NCBI GenBank assembly: GCA_965247655.1
Contig: OZ252032.1
Span: forward strand, 5,339,843-5,403,842
Direction of reading: 5' to 3'
Length of the DNA stretch: 64,000 bases
Source: Candidatus Poribacteria bacterium
GTDB lineage: Bacteria; Poribacteria; WGA-4E; PCPOR2b
Below the pieces are notes generated by a model that worked only from the letters and a program-made list of their open reading frames with translations, was not told the origin of the DNA and did no database searches. The position numbers were made by a program, and so were the translations under genes. Positions 40,952 to 51,539 of the stretch are shown here, one piece after another (the first letter of the stretch is position 1; every line of letters begins with the position of its first letter).

Positions 40952-42029
40952 ATGGACCGCAAACTCCGTTTTGCCGTGATTGGTGCCGGTGGATTTGCAG
41001 AGGTATGTCAGATTCCCGGCTTGCAGCGTCACCCCAACGCTGAGGTTGTCGCACTGTGCCGACGTAACCGCGATCTGTGCGAGCAAACTGCGCTTAAATT
41101 TGGTGTTCCAACAGTCTACACAGACTATGCAGATGTGATCGCCGATGACACAATCGATGCAGTAACAATCGTAACACCAAACGTCTTCCACCATCCCATT
41201 GCGGTACAGGCACTCCAAGCGGGAAAGCACGTTTTCTGCGAGAAACCCTTAGCAATGAATGCCTCCGAGGCGCGTGAGATGTACGACATTGCCGAAGCCA
41301 AGGGTAAGATTCATCATGTCGCGTTCACGTTCCGTTACACGCATTGCCTCTATAAATTGCGTAAAATGCTTAAGAACGGCAAGATTGGCGAACCGCTCTA
41401 TGTTCGTATTCAAGCTGACGGTTGGAGTGCGCTCCAATCATCGGCAACGGCAGCATGGCGTAACCAAAGAAGCCTTTCTGGCACCGGCATTCTTGGCGAT
41501 ATGGGATCGCACTTTTTTGATGCGATTCGGTGGGTATGTGGCGATATTACACAGGTGTGCGGCGTGTTGCATAACGTGCCGCGCGTTCGTCCGCATAGCA
41601 GCACAGGTGAACCGACCCAGATCGATACCGATGATCTTGCTGCCGCTTGGTTCGAGACCAAATCCGGCTTGAAAGGTCAATTTTTCGTCAGTAGTATTAC
41701 GCCGTCACGTCCGGAAAACAAATATATTGAGGTCGTCGGTGAGGAGGGGGCACTGTTCGCTTACTTAAGCCGTGGCCAAGAGGAGGGCTTACGGTTTCGC
41801 CACCGATTGGGAGACAGTCGATCTGCCACCCGAAGCTGCCGAAGGCAAACCGCACGCTTTGGGTCGAATGATGGGGTGTTTCGTTGACGGAATTCTGAAT
41901 GGACAACTTAATCCGGATCGAGATGCCTCTTTCTTCGATGGCTGGAAGGCACAGTTGGCGATTGATGCTGTCGTCGAATCTGCAGAGCAGAAGAGATGGA
42001 TTGAGATTGGAAACGGGAAAAATGATTAA
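40952..42029 (+). CDS. Gfo/Idh/MocA family oxidoreductase, apparent frameshift near 41790
   Basis: Rossmann N-terminus RFAVIGAGGFAE, EKP motif; C-terminus continues in a second frame (ORFs 40952..41887 and 41772..42029). Confidence 0.65.
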
Positions 42030-42061
42030 TGATGTGTGATAGAAGTAGGCTCATTTTTTTC

Positions 42062-42090
42062 TTGACCGAATGGTGATTTTAGCATACAAT
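42062..42090 (+). promoter_or_regulatory. Near-consensus sigma70-type promoter TTGACC-N17-TACAAT, giving an about 310-nt leader to 42399
   Basis: Hexamers and spacer read directly. Confidence 0.4.
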
Positions 42091-42398
42091 TAATAAGGTG
42101 ACTGATAATATCAAGAAATCTCTAAGTTGTTCGGGTGATTTCTGCGTTTTAACAGTGAGTGCAAGGTTAGGGTATGAGAATTTCACTTTTTCGCGAGGCT
42201 TTCTGCGTGAATAGCCGGTGGAGGACAGCTCGACGCTGACTCTGTACATCCTCCTAGTCAGGGACCTATCGCGTGAGTGTCTCTCTATCAACTGGTAAAT
42301 CGTCTACCACAAAAAAAACAAGCCCGCTTTAGCATCCCATGTAAGATGATACAAAGGGTTACCCAACTGTTGACGCAAACTATTTCTGGAGGTAACAA

Positions 42399-43877
42399 AT
42401 GAGTGCCAAAAAAACCTCAGGGGCTTTGATGACCTCGTTGATTGTTCACGGAGTCGCCTTCTTTATCACGGGTATCTACCTCGTTACCCAAACCCAGCAG
42501 TTCAAAGATTTAGTCGGTGCCGAAGTTTTAAAGGCAAAGGAACCCCCTAAACCACAAGTTCGTAAACCGGTAATTAAGCCGGTAATTAAGCCAACTGTTC
42601 CAACCACAAACACAGTGGTAGTTGAGCAAGTTCAAGTCCAACCCAGAGTGACGACAGCAGCAGTTGTGCGACCAACCTCGGTGCAGCCACAAACCGTTTT
42701 GGAATTTGCTAATAAAGTAGTGAAGTTGGATGCTCCCCTTAATCCCAACATTCCGAAAGTGACACGCCCGAATCAGCCTGTGCCGCAAGTCGTGACACAT
42801 GCTAACCTACCGGTCTCTGATGCGCCAGGGGCGTTGGCATTTTCCGCACCCGTTGCAACGGCTCCAAGTGCCGTACCCGCCAACATCGGTCGTGGGATTG
42901 GCGGCATTGTGCAGGTGAAGGTTGCCTTTGCGCGTCCGAAGGGACTCGCTATGGTCGAACATGTCGGTGCCGTTCGCGATGCTTTGAGCGATGTCGTTGA
43001 GAACATTAACCTCGGTAACGTTGAGGTGCCTCCATTGCCACGTGGCGAACCCGGTGGGAGTGTTGTTGGTCGTGGTGCTGATATCCGCGGCGTCTTCCGT
43101 TTTACGCGTCTCCGTCACAGTCTCGCTGACTGGTGGGCAGATGCCTCCTCGCTGAACGCTTTTACCAAGTGGCTCAATGAACGTACCAAGATCAAGACCG
43201 ACATGAACGTTGAAGGCGGCGCGTTGAAGCTAAACGACGCTAACCTGATGAAATGTCCATTAGTCTTCATGACGGGACATGACCCGGCACACGTCCGTTC
43301 CAAGAACCTGATGGGTCGTCAATATGGCGGTGGCAAGATGGATAGCCGATTTTCCGAGGCAGAAATGACTGCATTGCGGCGATATCTCGTTGAAAAAGGC
43401 GGCCTCCTCGTCTTTGACGACTGCGGTATTGACGCGGCGACGCAAGCGATGCCTCGCCTATTCTTGGCACAGATGCGATATGTGATGCCAGAATATCAGG
43501 TCCAACGCATCCCAAACGAACATGAAATCTACGATAACTTCTATGAGATGGGTGGTCCACCGACCGGATTCGACATTTTCTGGTGGGGGTCTCGCCCGGG
43601 TAGGCGAAACTTCCTTGAAGGCATTTCCGTTGGCGACAAGATTTCGGTCATTTTAGTTCGCCGTGACTACATGTGCGCGATGGAGTCGGTCAGCTTACCA
43701 ACCCGCTCCGTCAAATACTCTCCCGGCGTCTATCGTTTCATGACCAACGTCGCAATTTATGCCCTGACGCATGGCTCAATTTCGGACTACTCTGGCTATG
43801 TGCCAGAAGATAGAATGGCAGCGCGGAAGCTGCCGACCGAAATACCAGAGGCAGCAAAAATTGGGGTACTTGAATAG
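42399..43877 (+). CDS. Membrane-anchored DUF4159-like protein (N-terminal TM helix, Pro/Val-rich linker, C-terminal class-I-GATase-like domain)
   Basis: TM segment LMTSLIVHGVAFFITGIYLV; CPLVFMTGHD and LLVFDDCG motifs; GGAGGT RBS. Confidence 0.45.
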   Translation: MSAKKTSGALMTSLIVHGVAFFITGIYLVTQTQQFKDLVGAEVLKAKEPPKPQVRKPVIKPVIKPTVPTTNTVVVEQVQVQPRVTTAAVVRPTSVQPQTVLEFANKVVKLDAPLNPNIPKVTRPNQPVPQVVTHANLPVSDAPGALAFSAPVATAPSAVPANIGRGIGGIVQVKVAFARPKGLAMVEHVGAVRDALSDVVENINLGNVEVPPLPRGEPGGSVVGRGADIRGVFRFTRLRHSLADWWADASSLNAFTKWLNERTKIKTDMNVEGGALKLNDANLMKCPLVFMTGHDPAHVRSKNLMGRQYGGGKMDSRFSEAEMTALRRYLVEKGGLLVFDDCGIDAATQAMPRLFLAQMRYVMPEYQVQRIPNEHEIYDNFYEMGGPPTGFDIFWWGSRPGRRNFLEGISVGDKISVILVRRDYMCAMESVSLPTRSVKYSPGVYRFMTNVAIYALTHGSISDYSGYVPEDRMAARKLPTEIPEAAKIGVLE

Positions 43878-43913
43878 AATCTTTTGATTCGGACACCTCT
43901 CGAATCAAGCAAT

Positions 43914-43947
43914 AAAAAAAGCAGCCATTCATTTGGCTGCTTTTTTT
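43914..43947. terminator. Bidirectional rho-independent terminator (A7-GCAGCCA-loop-TGGCTGC-T7)
   Basis: 7-bp GC-rich stem flanked by A-run and T-run, 37 nt after stop of 42399..43877; second small hairpin at 43886..43906. Confidence 0.75.
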
Positions 43948-43977
43948 ATTGCCTTTCCAGCCAAGAAGGAGATTTGT

Positions 43978-45363
43978 ATGGAAGTATATAAGGCACAGTT
44001 AGCCTTTTCAGAAGTACAGTTGCGCCCACTTTATATCGAAGGGTACACCGACCAACTCAGTTACGCACCGGGCGAAGAGATCGGGTTTCATATTTCCACC
44101 AGCGCATCGGAGTATTCATTGGAGATTGTGCGCGTCGGTGCAACCCGTGAGTTGGTCTGGAGCGAGAACGAACTCCCCGGATCTGCACATTCAATACCAG
44201 AGGATGCATCGTCGCACGGCTGCCGCTGGCCCACGAGTTTCAAGCTGCGTGTACCAGATACATGGCGGAGCGGATACTACGAAGTGTCAATGCGAGCGGA
44301 GGATAACGGTGGGGATTTCACGTACAGAAACCGCCGAACCGCTGAAGGAACGATGCACTTCGTTGTGCGGTCTGCACAGCCGGGACGTGACACGAAGATT
44401 CTGCTTCAACTGGCGACGAACACTTATAACGCCTACAACAACTGGGGCGGATATAGCGTCTACAGTTATCATGGCCACAGCAACTTACAGGGGCATCGTA
44501 TTTCTTTCGACCGACCGATGGCGGGACTTTTTAGCAGATGGGAGTCATTCTTTGTGGAATGGGCGGAACAGAATGGCTACACACTCGATTATGCTGCTAA
44601 CAGCGACCTTGAGTTTCACCCGGAAATTTTGCAGGGATATCGGTTAGTGTTGAGCATCGGTCACGATGAATACTGGTCTGGAGGGATGCGAAACAACCTA
44701 GAGGCATTCATCGCTGACGGTGGAAATGCGGCGTTCTTTAGCGGAAATTCGGTCTGTTGGCAAGTCCGCAACGAAGACGAAGGACGCGCCTTGACCTGCT
44801 GGAAACAGTGGTACAATACGGATCCTATTTACAAGACAGGCGACTATCGAACCTTGAGTACCCTGTGGAGTCATTACCTCGTCGGTCGGCCTGAAAACGA
44901 ATTGACTGGCGTCGGTTTTCTCCACGGCGGCTACCACCTCAGCCACGGTCAGTTCATGGATGGTTCAGGTGAATACACAGTGCATCGCCCGGATCATTGG
45001 ATTTTTGAAGGGACAGATCTCAAACAGGAAGATACCTTCGGCGGTAAGCACACCATCGTGGGCTACGAGTGCGACGGCTGCGAGCTGAAAATTGTGGATG
45101 GGCTTCCCGTCCCAACACATCGGGATGGCACTCCCGATAGCTTCCTCATTCTTTGCACTGCCCCGGTACGTTGGCATCCAGACGACTGTGAGTGGTACGA
45201 ACGTTGGGATAGAGGTCACACCGGCACCGCGACGATGGGGATTTATACCCGTGGGGGAACCGTTTTCACCGCTGCTACAACCGATTGGGCACATGGACTG
45301 CAAGGCGGTGATCCGGTTGTGGAGCGCATCACACAAAATGTGCTTGATCGGTTGTCCCGTTAA
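43978..45363 (+). CDS. N,N-dimethylformamidase large-subunit-like family protein
   Basis: Overall similarity pattern to DmfA2-like proteins; AAGGAG RBS before ATG 43978. Confidence 0.4.
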   Translation: MEVYKAQLAFSEVQLRPLYIEGYTDQLSYAPGEEIGFHISTSASEYSLEIVRVGATRELVWSENELPGSAHSIPEDASSHGCRWPTSFKLRVPDTWRSGYYEVSMRAEDNGGDFTYRNRRTAEGTMHFVVRSAQPGRDTKILLQLATNTYNAYNNWGGYSVYSYHGHSNLQGHRISFDRPMAGLFSRWESFFVEWAEQNGYTLDYAANSDLEFHPEILQGYRLVLSIGHDEYWSGGMRNNLEAFIADGGNAAFFSGNSVCWQVRNEDEGRALTCWKQWYNTDPIYKTGDYRTLSTLWSHYLVGRPENELTGVGFLHGGYHLSHGQFMDGSGEYTVHRPDHWIFEGTDLKQEDTFGGKHTIVGYECDGCELKIVDGLPVPTHRDGTPDSFLILCTAPVRWHPDDCEWYERWDRGHTGTATMGIYTRGGTVFTAATTDWAHGLQGGDPVVERITQNVLDRLSR

Positions 45364-45375
45364 ACCGAATCAGGA

Positions 45376-46350
45376 TTAAAGTCTCCCCCGATGCCCTCGC
45401 TCAACGGCTTCGCACAGTTCCATCGTCTTCACCGCCTCCTCCAGCGGACTCCAAGGAGTGGTGTCGTTCAGGATGCAGTCGGCGAAATGGCGAGTTTCAT
45501 TGAAGTCGGGTCCACCAACAGCATCGAGGTCGAGCGGTTCCTCACATAGCACCCCGTCTAAGTAAAGAGTGATTTCCGGTGTGCGTGTCAAGTCGAGGTA
45601 CGCCGACATATCTTCGGTGTGGACCTCCGCTGACTGAATTCGGTAGCCGACCCCGTAGTGGCTCATCATTGTTCCGTGACAACCGTTGTCAAAGGCGATG
45701 ACAGCGTTGTAGCGAGGTGTGCCTTCCCGCTTGCCGTGCCACGAATGACCGTATACCTCTACAGCGGTTGCTGCTTCAGTTGGTGTGCGTCCTGCCATCC
45801 AACGCAGCAGATCGACATGGTGAATTGCATCGCAGATAATCTCCGGTGGTGCAACCTCCCGGAGGCCCGGACGTTGCAACCCCGATGGCGGTTTATGATA
45901 ATTTGCCGCGACCTGCACCGCTCCGCCACGCTCTTGCAGTAATTTGCGTACCGCCAACACCTCTGGCTTGTAACGGCGATTGACGGACAGAATCGCTTTG
46001 CCCTTACTCTTGCGGGCAGCGTCAAGCATCTGCTGTGTTTCTCCGACGTTCATTCCGGGTGATTTTTCGACCGACGTATGCAGATCACGCCCCAAACATT
46101 CTACCACAATCGGCAGCAGATGGCCGGGCATGGTAACGACGTAGACAATATCTAGGTCGACCTGATCCAGCATCTCGCGGTAATCGCTGAACGCCAATTC
46201 GGGTTTATGGGTGAGCTTTGCCTGCTCCAACCGTTGGTCATCAAGCTCCGCGACTGAGATGAGTGCCATCCGGGGTTCATCTTTAATCATCGCAAAGTGC
46301 CCCTGCGCGTGCCCACCACAGCCAATAACACCCACTTTCAGATCCGCCAT
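45376..46350 (-). CDS. Gfo/Idh/MocA family oxidoreductase
   Basis: LKVGVIGCGGHAQGH Rossmann N-terminus; GAGGAGGG RBS. Confidence 0.8.
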   Translation of the reverse strand: MADLKVGVIGCGGHAQGHFAMIKDEPRMALISVAELDDQRLEQAKLTHKPELAFSDYREMLDQVDLDIVYVVTMPGHLLPIVVECLGRDLHTSVEKSPGMNVGETQQMLDAARKSKGKAILSVNRRYKPEVLAVRKLLQERGGAVQVAANYHKPPSGLQRPGLREVAPPEIICDAIHHVDLLRWMAGRTPTEAATAVEVYGHSWHGKREGTPRYNAVIAFDNGCHGTMMSHYGVGYRIQSAEVHTEDMSAYLDLTRTPEITLYLDGVLCEEPLDLDAVGGPDFNETRHFADCILNDTTPWSPLEEAVKTMELCEAVERGHRGRL

Positions 46351-46648
46351 TGTACAAATCCCTCCTCTGTTGCTAAATTTTATCCAACGTGAATTTCCAT
46401 AGGGCTGCTAATCATAGCTTTGAGCCCCTGATCACCGGTCTGTTCCGCGAGTGCCAACGCAGTTTGGAAATCCTGCGCCGCTTCCGAGACACGACCTAGA
46501 TTGGTCGTCGCACAGAAACCTCTCTTCATCAAGCGTCTCCATCCATTCGTGTCGATCCACGGAATAATCGCCTTTGCCATCTTTGTACTGAAAAATTCTC
46601 TCCAAAAGCGCGTGAACCTCTGGATTCAGACGACGGAGTTTATTCATC

Positions 46649-47140
46649 TCAGCTTCTAGCAGATCTCGTATGTTCATCTTCAGCGATCTCCTCTAACCAT
46701 GCGTAAGGGTTTTCAACACGAACGCGAAGTTGCGAATGGAAGCGTTTCGCCCTTCTAAGCATCCGATCGTCTGTAGTTAGAAGGATATCCGTTCCACTGT
46801 TTTCGGCACAGGCAATATGCAAAGCATCCAACCACTTAAATCCCAACGATTTAAGTTGTGTGCATCGCATTTATTCCGACGCACCAACCGAGACATTTTG
46901 ATGTGCAAGACTTAGTAAGGCTTCCATATCATCGCGTAGTGTTGCATCAGGGGTTTTGCTGATTTCATTCACTAGAACCGTGCTAGTAGCCCACTGCCAG
47001 TCACTTGTGAAAAACCGAGCGAGAATTGTCTGAACGGCTTCAGTGTCACGGCGAATCCGCGCTTGCGTCTGATCATTAAAAAGACGATTCAAACAACAAG
47101 TATCAAGATATATTTTCCAGATTTGAAGAAGAGTTTGCAC
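46649..47140 (-). pseudogene. PIN-domain (VapC-like) toxin gene interrupted by in-frame TAA (plus-strand TTA at 46868..46870)
   Basis: N-part KIYLDTCCL...VNEISK and C-part LDALHIACAE...LLTTDDRM together give the four acidic PIN residues; split into ORFs 46871..47140 and 46649..46870 that are in the same frame. Confidence 0.65.
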
Positions 47141-47430
47141 ATGCTTTACTCTATTGGACAGACCTGTTTTTGTGGATTTGGTATCCCTCCGTACCTACCT
47201 GTCCATCTGTAGGCACCGCTGAGAGTTTAGAGACCCCCATTATTAATTCTACTCCTTAAGAAGCGCATGACAACTGCCCCCACCTCCGTTTTGGGAGCGA
47301 GAGGCAATCGCCGATACGCGTTAGACGTTACTCACCTTCAAAATAGAGGGGCGATGGTATTCACCACTCCTCCTAGTATTGATAGTGAGATTCTTTGGAC
47401 ATGCTCAAGCATGTCATTTATAGATTGAAC

Positions 47431-48324
47431 TTAAAAGAAAAACGGATTTGACCACGCTTTCTTGCCGGTCTCATCGGTAATCTCGACGCGGACGTACTTG
47501 ACGCTGTTCGGCACTTCATATGTTGCCTCGGTCAGGGCTTCCCCTTCGGGGGCGACAATGCGTTTTCCACGACTACGCTGGGCTTTGAACACGATGGATT
47601 GTGCCGGTGAACATTTGACGGAAACGCTCCGTTTCTCTTCACCTTCGTCCATCACGTCCAGATCAATTAGCTCCGGTCCGAGGGTTGAATAGAAAGCTCC
47701 GGTGCGAAACCCTGTCATAATAGCATCGGTGGTGAGTTCAGTAGCCTTCACCATGACCCATCCGTGAAAACAGTCGTGTTCCGTGCCGTGTGCGTCGTCG
47801 GAAGCGATGCCGAAGACGGGACGACCTGCCTTGTCCAATAAATCGTCCCAAGCCTGCTCAGAAAAGCCCTTGCCGATGCCCATGCAGGTGTCGTTGTAAA
47901 CTTCAACCGCGAAGTATCCATTCAGTGGCAGATAGTCCAAAAGCGTATGTCCACACCAGTAGGGGTGGCAGAGCACCGCCGCGCCCCCTTGCCGGTTTAT
48001 CTCTTCGATGACGGCGTTGGGATGCAATTCGGCGCAGTTGATGCGCTCATGGAGGTTTATACCGACGATATGATATGTGTCACCGCCATAGGGATTGCTG
48101 GGGTGGACCTCACTGCCAGAGATTGCCAAGAAGCCGTCCCTGCTGTGGGCGGAAACATCGTTGACCTTTCGATGATCGGTCAGCACTAAGAAATCGTAGC
48201 CTGCTTCACGATAAGCTGCGAAGCGGTCTGCCATCGGCAGCCTGCCGTCCGACTCGGTGCTATGGCTGTGGGTATTGCCGCGATACCACTGCCCGGACTG
48301 TTTGAAGGGGTTAACGTTTGACAT
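47431..48324 (-). CDS. PHP-domain metal-dependent phosphoesterase
   Basis: YRGNTHSHSTESDG PHP motif I; AAGGAGA RBS. Confidence 0.75.
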   Translation of the reverse strand: MSNVNPFKQSGQWYRGNTHSHSTESDGRLPMADRFAAYREAGYDFLVLTDHRKVNDVSAHSRDGFLAISGSEVHPSNPYGGDTYHIVGINLHERINCAELHPNAVIEEINRQGGAAVLCHPYWCGHTLLDYLPLNGYFAVEVYNDTCMGIGKGFSEQAWDDLLDKAGRPVFGIASDDAHGTEHDCFHGWVMVKATELTTDAIMTGFRTGAFYSTLGPELIDLDVMDEGEEKRSVSVKCSPAQSIVFKAQRSRGKRIVAPEGEALTEATYEVPNSVKYVRVEITDETGKKAWSNPFFF

Positions 48325-48706
48325 AAAAAATCTCCTTGTTGGTTTCGACAGTTTCGGTTGGGTACTTGTATTTTAACGCAAGTTGCTAGTTGAAAAACAC
48401 CGTTAAAAAATTCTCGGAATTTTCATAGTTTTCATAGTTTTCTCAAGTATTGGATAAAGATAAAAAAGCGGGGAACCCGCGCTACGACCCGTTTCTGTAC
48501 AATTTATACGGGAAGGCTACTCGGACATACTATGAAATCCACGTCGTTTCCTATTTCTGACGATTGGCTGATTAAAGTGGCAGCTTACGTTATTTTAACA
48601 CACTGCTTTCAAAACGAAAATGGAAAAACGATTCAAAACCGCCGAAAAAAAAGATTTACGATCGGGGTGCAGTCGTGTAAAATATAATTAAGGAGAATTG
48701 GTATAA

Positions 48707-49453
48707 ATGAAGACGATTATTATCGGTGCCGGACGTGGCAGACGACTTATGCCTTTAACAGAAGATACACCTAAGTGCTTTGCAGCGGTTAAAGGAAAAC
48801 GCATCCTCGATTGGATACTCGAAGCGTGGCGTGCAGCAGATGTGGGGGATATTGTCTTCGTCGGTGGGTATCAGATTCAACGCATCCAGCACGATTACCC
48901 TGCCTTCCGTTTTTACCACAACACAGATTGGCAGCAGAATAATATCTTAGCCTCGCTTTTTCGCGCCGCAGCCGAAATGAATGAGCCGTTTGCCTGCACC
49001 TATGCGGACATTATCTATCGCCCTTGGGTGACACAGACGTTGATGGATACCCCTTACGACATCACGCTCGTCGTCGATACCGCTTGGCGAGAGCGTTACG
49101 CTGCGCGTACACTTCACCCCGAAGATGATGGTGAAAAAATCCTCGCAGACGGAGCGCGCGTCACAAGAATCAGCCGTGATATAGCACCCGAAGACGCGCA
49201 CGGGGAGTATATCGGCGTTGCAAAATTTAGCGAGCGCGGGGCGGTTCTCCTACGGGACCATTTCCACCGGGTTTGTCATGAATATGACGGCACACCTTTT
49301 CAAGGGGCAGCCTCTGTGCAGAAAGCGTATCTAATTCAACTCTTTCAGGAGATGGTTGAGCAGGGCGTGGAAATCCACAAGGTGGATATTACAGGTGGGT
49401 ATTACGAGATTGATACCACGCAGGATTATGAGATTGCGAATGAAGTTTGGTAG
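48707..49453 (+). CDS. Sugar/alcohol-phosphate nucleotidyltransferase (MobA/LicC-like NTP transferase)
   Basis: IIIGAGRGRRLMPLTEDTPKCF N-terminal signature; AAGGAGA RBS. Confidence 0.7.
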   Translation: MKTIIIGAGRGRRLMPLTEDTPKCFAAVKGKRILDWILEAWRAADVGDIVFVGGYQIQRIQHDYPAFRFYHNTDWQQNNILASLFRAAAEMNEPFACTYADIIYRPWVTQTLMDTPYDITLVVDTAWRERYAARTLHPEDDGEKILADGARVTRISRDIAPEDAHGEYIGVAKFSERGAVLLRDHFHRVCHEYDGTPFQGAASVQKAYLIQLFQEMVEQGVEIHKVDITGGYYEIDTTQDYEIANEVW

Positions 49454-49462
49454 GGATAAAAA

Positions 49463-50626
49463 ATGGCTCAACGCAAAGCACCCCCGGATTCGGCAAGAAC
49501 CGTCCCTGTTCAAAAGCCCTTTGTTCGGTTAGATGATATCGGTAATACCGGTCTTATCTTAGGAATAATAATTGGGGTGCTCATCTTCGGCAGTATTATT
49601 GTCTTTATTGTGTTTTTTGAAGACGATGTTTCTCTTCCCAACGATGCTCTTCCCCTAGGTGTGTCCCTTTTTATTGCAGGGGTTCCATCTGTCGGATTTG
49701 GGGTGGCGAGTTACGCGCTCGTGCGGCGAAAATATGGACTGCAGTGGTCTGCAATCGGACTAACATTCGACAACTGGCGACGCGGTTTGCTCTGGGTACT
49801 AGCACTGCTCCCTATGGCATTGCTCGCCTGTTGGTTGGAAGATCAGGGATGGCGGTGGCTGCTTTATCGGCATTCGATTCCGATTTTGAGCCCGTGGCAT
49901 AGTCCATTAGAATCAATTTCTCTGTGGAGAGAGGATTACGGTATTCTCGGGCATTGTGCAGCAGTGATTGTCGCTATTTTCGTTGTGATTAGTCAAGGCG
50001 TCTTCTTTTGGGGACTCGGATATAACGCTATAGAGCGCGAACATTCATCAGTCTTATCCGGAATTTTTAACGTAGCGTTCGCGCTCCTATTAGCATACTT
50101 GGTGGGATTTCCCTTTCTCCTACCTCTCCCATTTGTATCTGCGTGCGTCATCACCTTTGCATTTACACGCACACGTACTCTACTCACGCCGTTAACAATG
50201 ACAATCGGGGTTTTCGTGTTTTTTCAATGCGTCGTTCAGCCAACATGGTATGCCGTTAATCGATTTACGATACACGGGAATTGTATATGTGCTGACGACG
50301 GCACCCCTTTAGATAACGGGATTGTCACGTATGGTGGCAACGATTACAAAAATGTAACGGTGGTTAAATGGGAGGGGGGGCAGCGAGAGGGTGAGACAAC
50401 GGCTACGTCGTCAGGTGCGTACACATTTCAAAATGTATTGCCACGCGGATATAATATTGCACTCACTGTAACGTCTACGCACTACCATTGGCATGGAACA
50501 GAATCGTTTCCCCCTCTTAAAAAATGTACCTATTCCCATACCGAATTACTCCGTGGGGTCAAAAATGCGCCAAAAAACGTGGAGAGGAATTTTGGCTTGG
50601 AGCCTGACACGGTTGAGACGCCTTGA
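49463..50626 (+). CDS. Polytopic membrane protein with C-terminal carboxypeptidase-regulatory-like beta-sandwich domain
   Basis: Multiple TM helices; C-terminal DDGTPLDNGIVTYGG...GAYTFQNVLPRGYNIALT pattern. Confidence 0.35.
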   Translation: MAQRKAPPDSARTVPVQKPFVRLDDIGNTGLILGIIIGVLIFGSIIVFIVFFEDDVSLPNDALPLGVSLFIAGVPSVGFGVASYALVRRKYGLQWSAIGLTFDNWRRGLLWVLALLPMALLACWLEDQGWRWLLYRHSIPILSPWHSPLESISLWREDYGILGHCAAVIVAIFVVISQGVFFWGLGYNAIEREHSSVLSGIFNVAFALLLAYLVGFPFLLPLPFVSACVITFAFTRTRTLLTPLTMTIGVFVFFQCVVQPTWYAVNRFTIHGNCICADDGTPLDNGIVTYGGNDYKNVTVVKWEGGQREGETTATSSGAYTFQNVLPRGYNIALTVTSTHYHWHGTESFPPLKKCTYSHTELLRGVKNAPKNVERNFGLEPDTVETP

Positions 50627-50698
50627 ATTCAAATTAGCTTTACCAAATCCGAATTGGATGTTGGCATTTGTGAGAAGAATTAGAACAGGAGGGTCCTT

Positions 50699-51424
50699 AT
50701 GCAAATTCTTAATCTCGAATCAGGAACGCCTTTCCAGATGGGCAAGGGAAAAAATTGGCGGGTCGTCCATCCCGATATGGGGGCGACACAGATAACCCTT
50801 AACCACGGACAACATGCGCCCGGTCAGGAGTTCACGCAACATCTTCACGACGAATCGGAGGATATGATTGTGGTGCTTGAGGGTGGCGGTCATATCCGGC
50901 AGGGAGCGGTTTACACGCCAATTATTGCGGGCGATGGAATCTTTGTCCCAGCGCGTGAGGTTCACGGCACTGTCAATACGACAGATCAACCGGCACGACT
51001 TATAAGTTTCCAATCCCCGCCGGATATGGCACTGTACCGTGGCGAACGGGATCACCCCAACGATTCACCGAAACCGGAACTGGGGCACCGAAGCGGTGTA
51101 CAAGTGATTTCGATGGCAAAAGCGGGGCCTGTGTTCGGTAAATCGGGAGATTGGCGTAGTGTTGTTTCACCCCAGAAGGGGAGTCAACATCTGTCGCTCG
51201 ATTACGTCCAACTCAATATCGGCGAAGCGTTCACGCATAAACCCATCGGCGCAGAATCAATTTATGTGCTGATTGGTGGAGGCGCAACGGTACAGACGAA
51301 TGGAGAAACATCAACGCTTGGCTTGAGAGATGTACTCTTTCTCAGTCCTGAAGATACCTTCTCGTTATCACAGGCTGGCAGTGAACCGACCACACTGCTT
51401 CATTGTTGGGCGTTAGCAAAATAG
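50699..51424 (+). CDS. Bicupin-domain protein
   Basis: Two cupin cores (HLHDESEDMIVVLEGGG...VHGTVN and a second C-terminal beta-barrel); GGAGGG RBS. Confidence 0.65.
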   Translation: MQILNLESGTPFQMGKGKNWRVVHPDMGATQITLNHGQHAPGQEFTQHLHDESEDMIVVLEGGGHIRQGAVYTPIIAGDGIFVPAREVHGTVNTTDQPARLISFQSPPDMALYRGERDHPNDSPKPELGHRSGVQVISMAKAGPVFGKSGDWRSVVSPQKGSQHLSLDYVQLNIGEAFTHKPIGAESIYVLIGGGATVQTNGETSTLGLRDVLFLSPEDTFSLSQAGSEPTTLLHCWALAK

Positions 51425-51539
51425 GCAATCAAAGAATGGAAATAGGGGAACAGATTCATAATTTTGAGATAAATTTGCCTCAACGTCTATCAAACTCATC
51501 CAATCACGTTTCATGTTTCACGTTTCATGTATGGAGGCA

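Noticed and set aside
42079-42291. 70-aa minus-strand ORF in the 42-kb leader
   Set aside because: There is no RBS, the composition is low-complexity, and it lies inside a probable 5' leader.
46380-46677. ORFs 46380..46580 and 46432..46677 as the antitoxin partner of the PIN gene
   Set aside because: They lie downstream of the toxin and overlap each other in different frames. They have no RHH/AbrB/Phd-like features and sit in the promoter region of the Gfo/Idh/MocA gene. They are kept as uncertain, not called.
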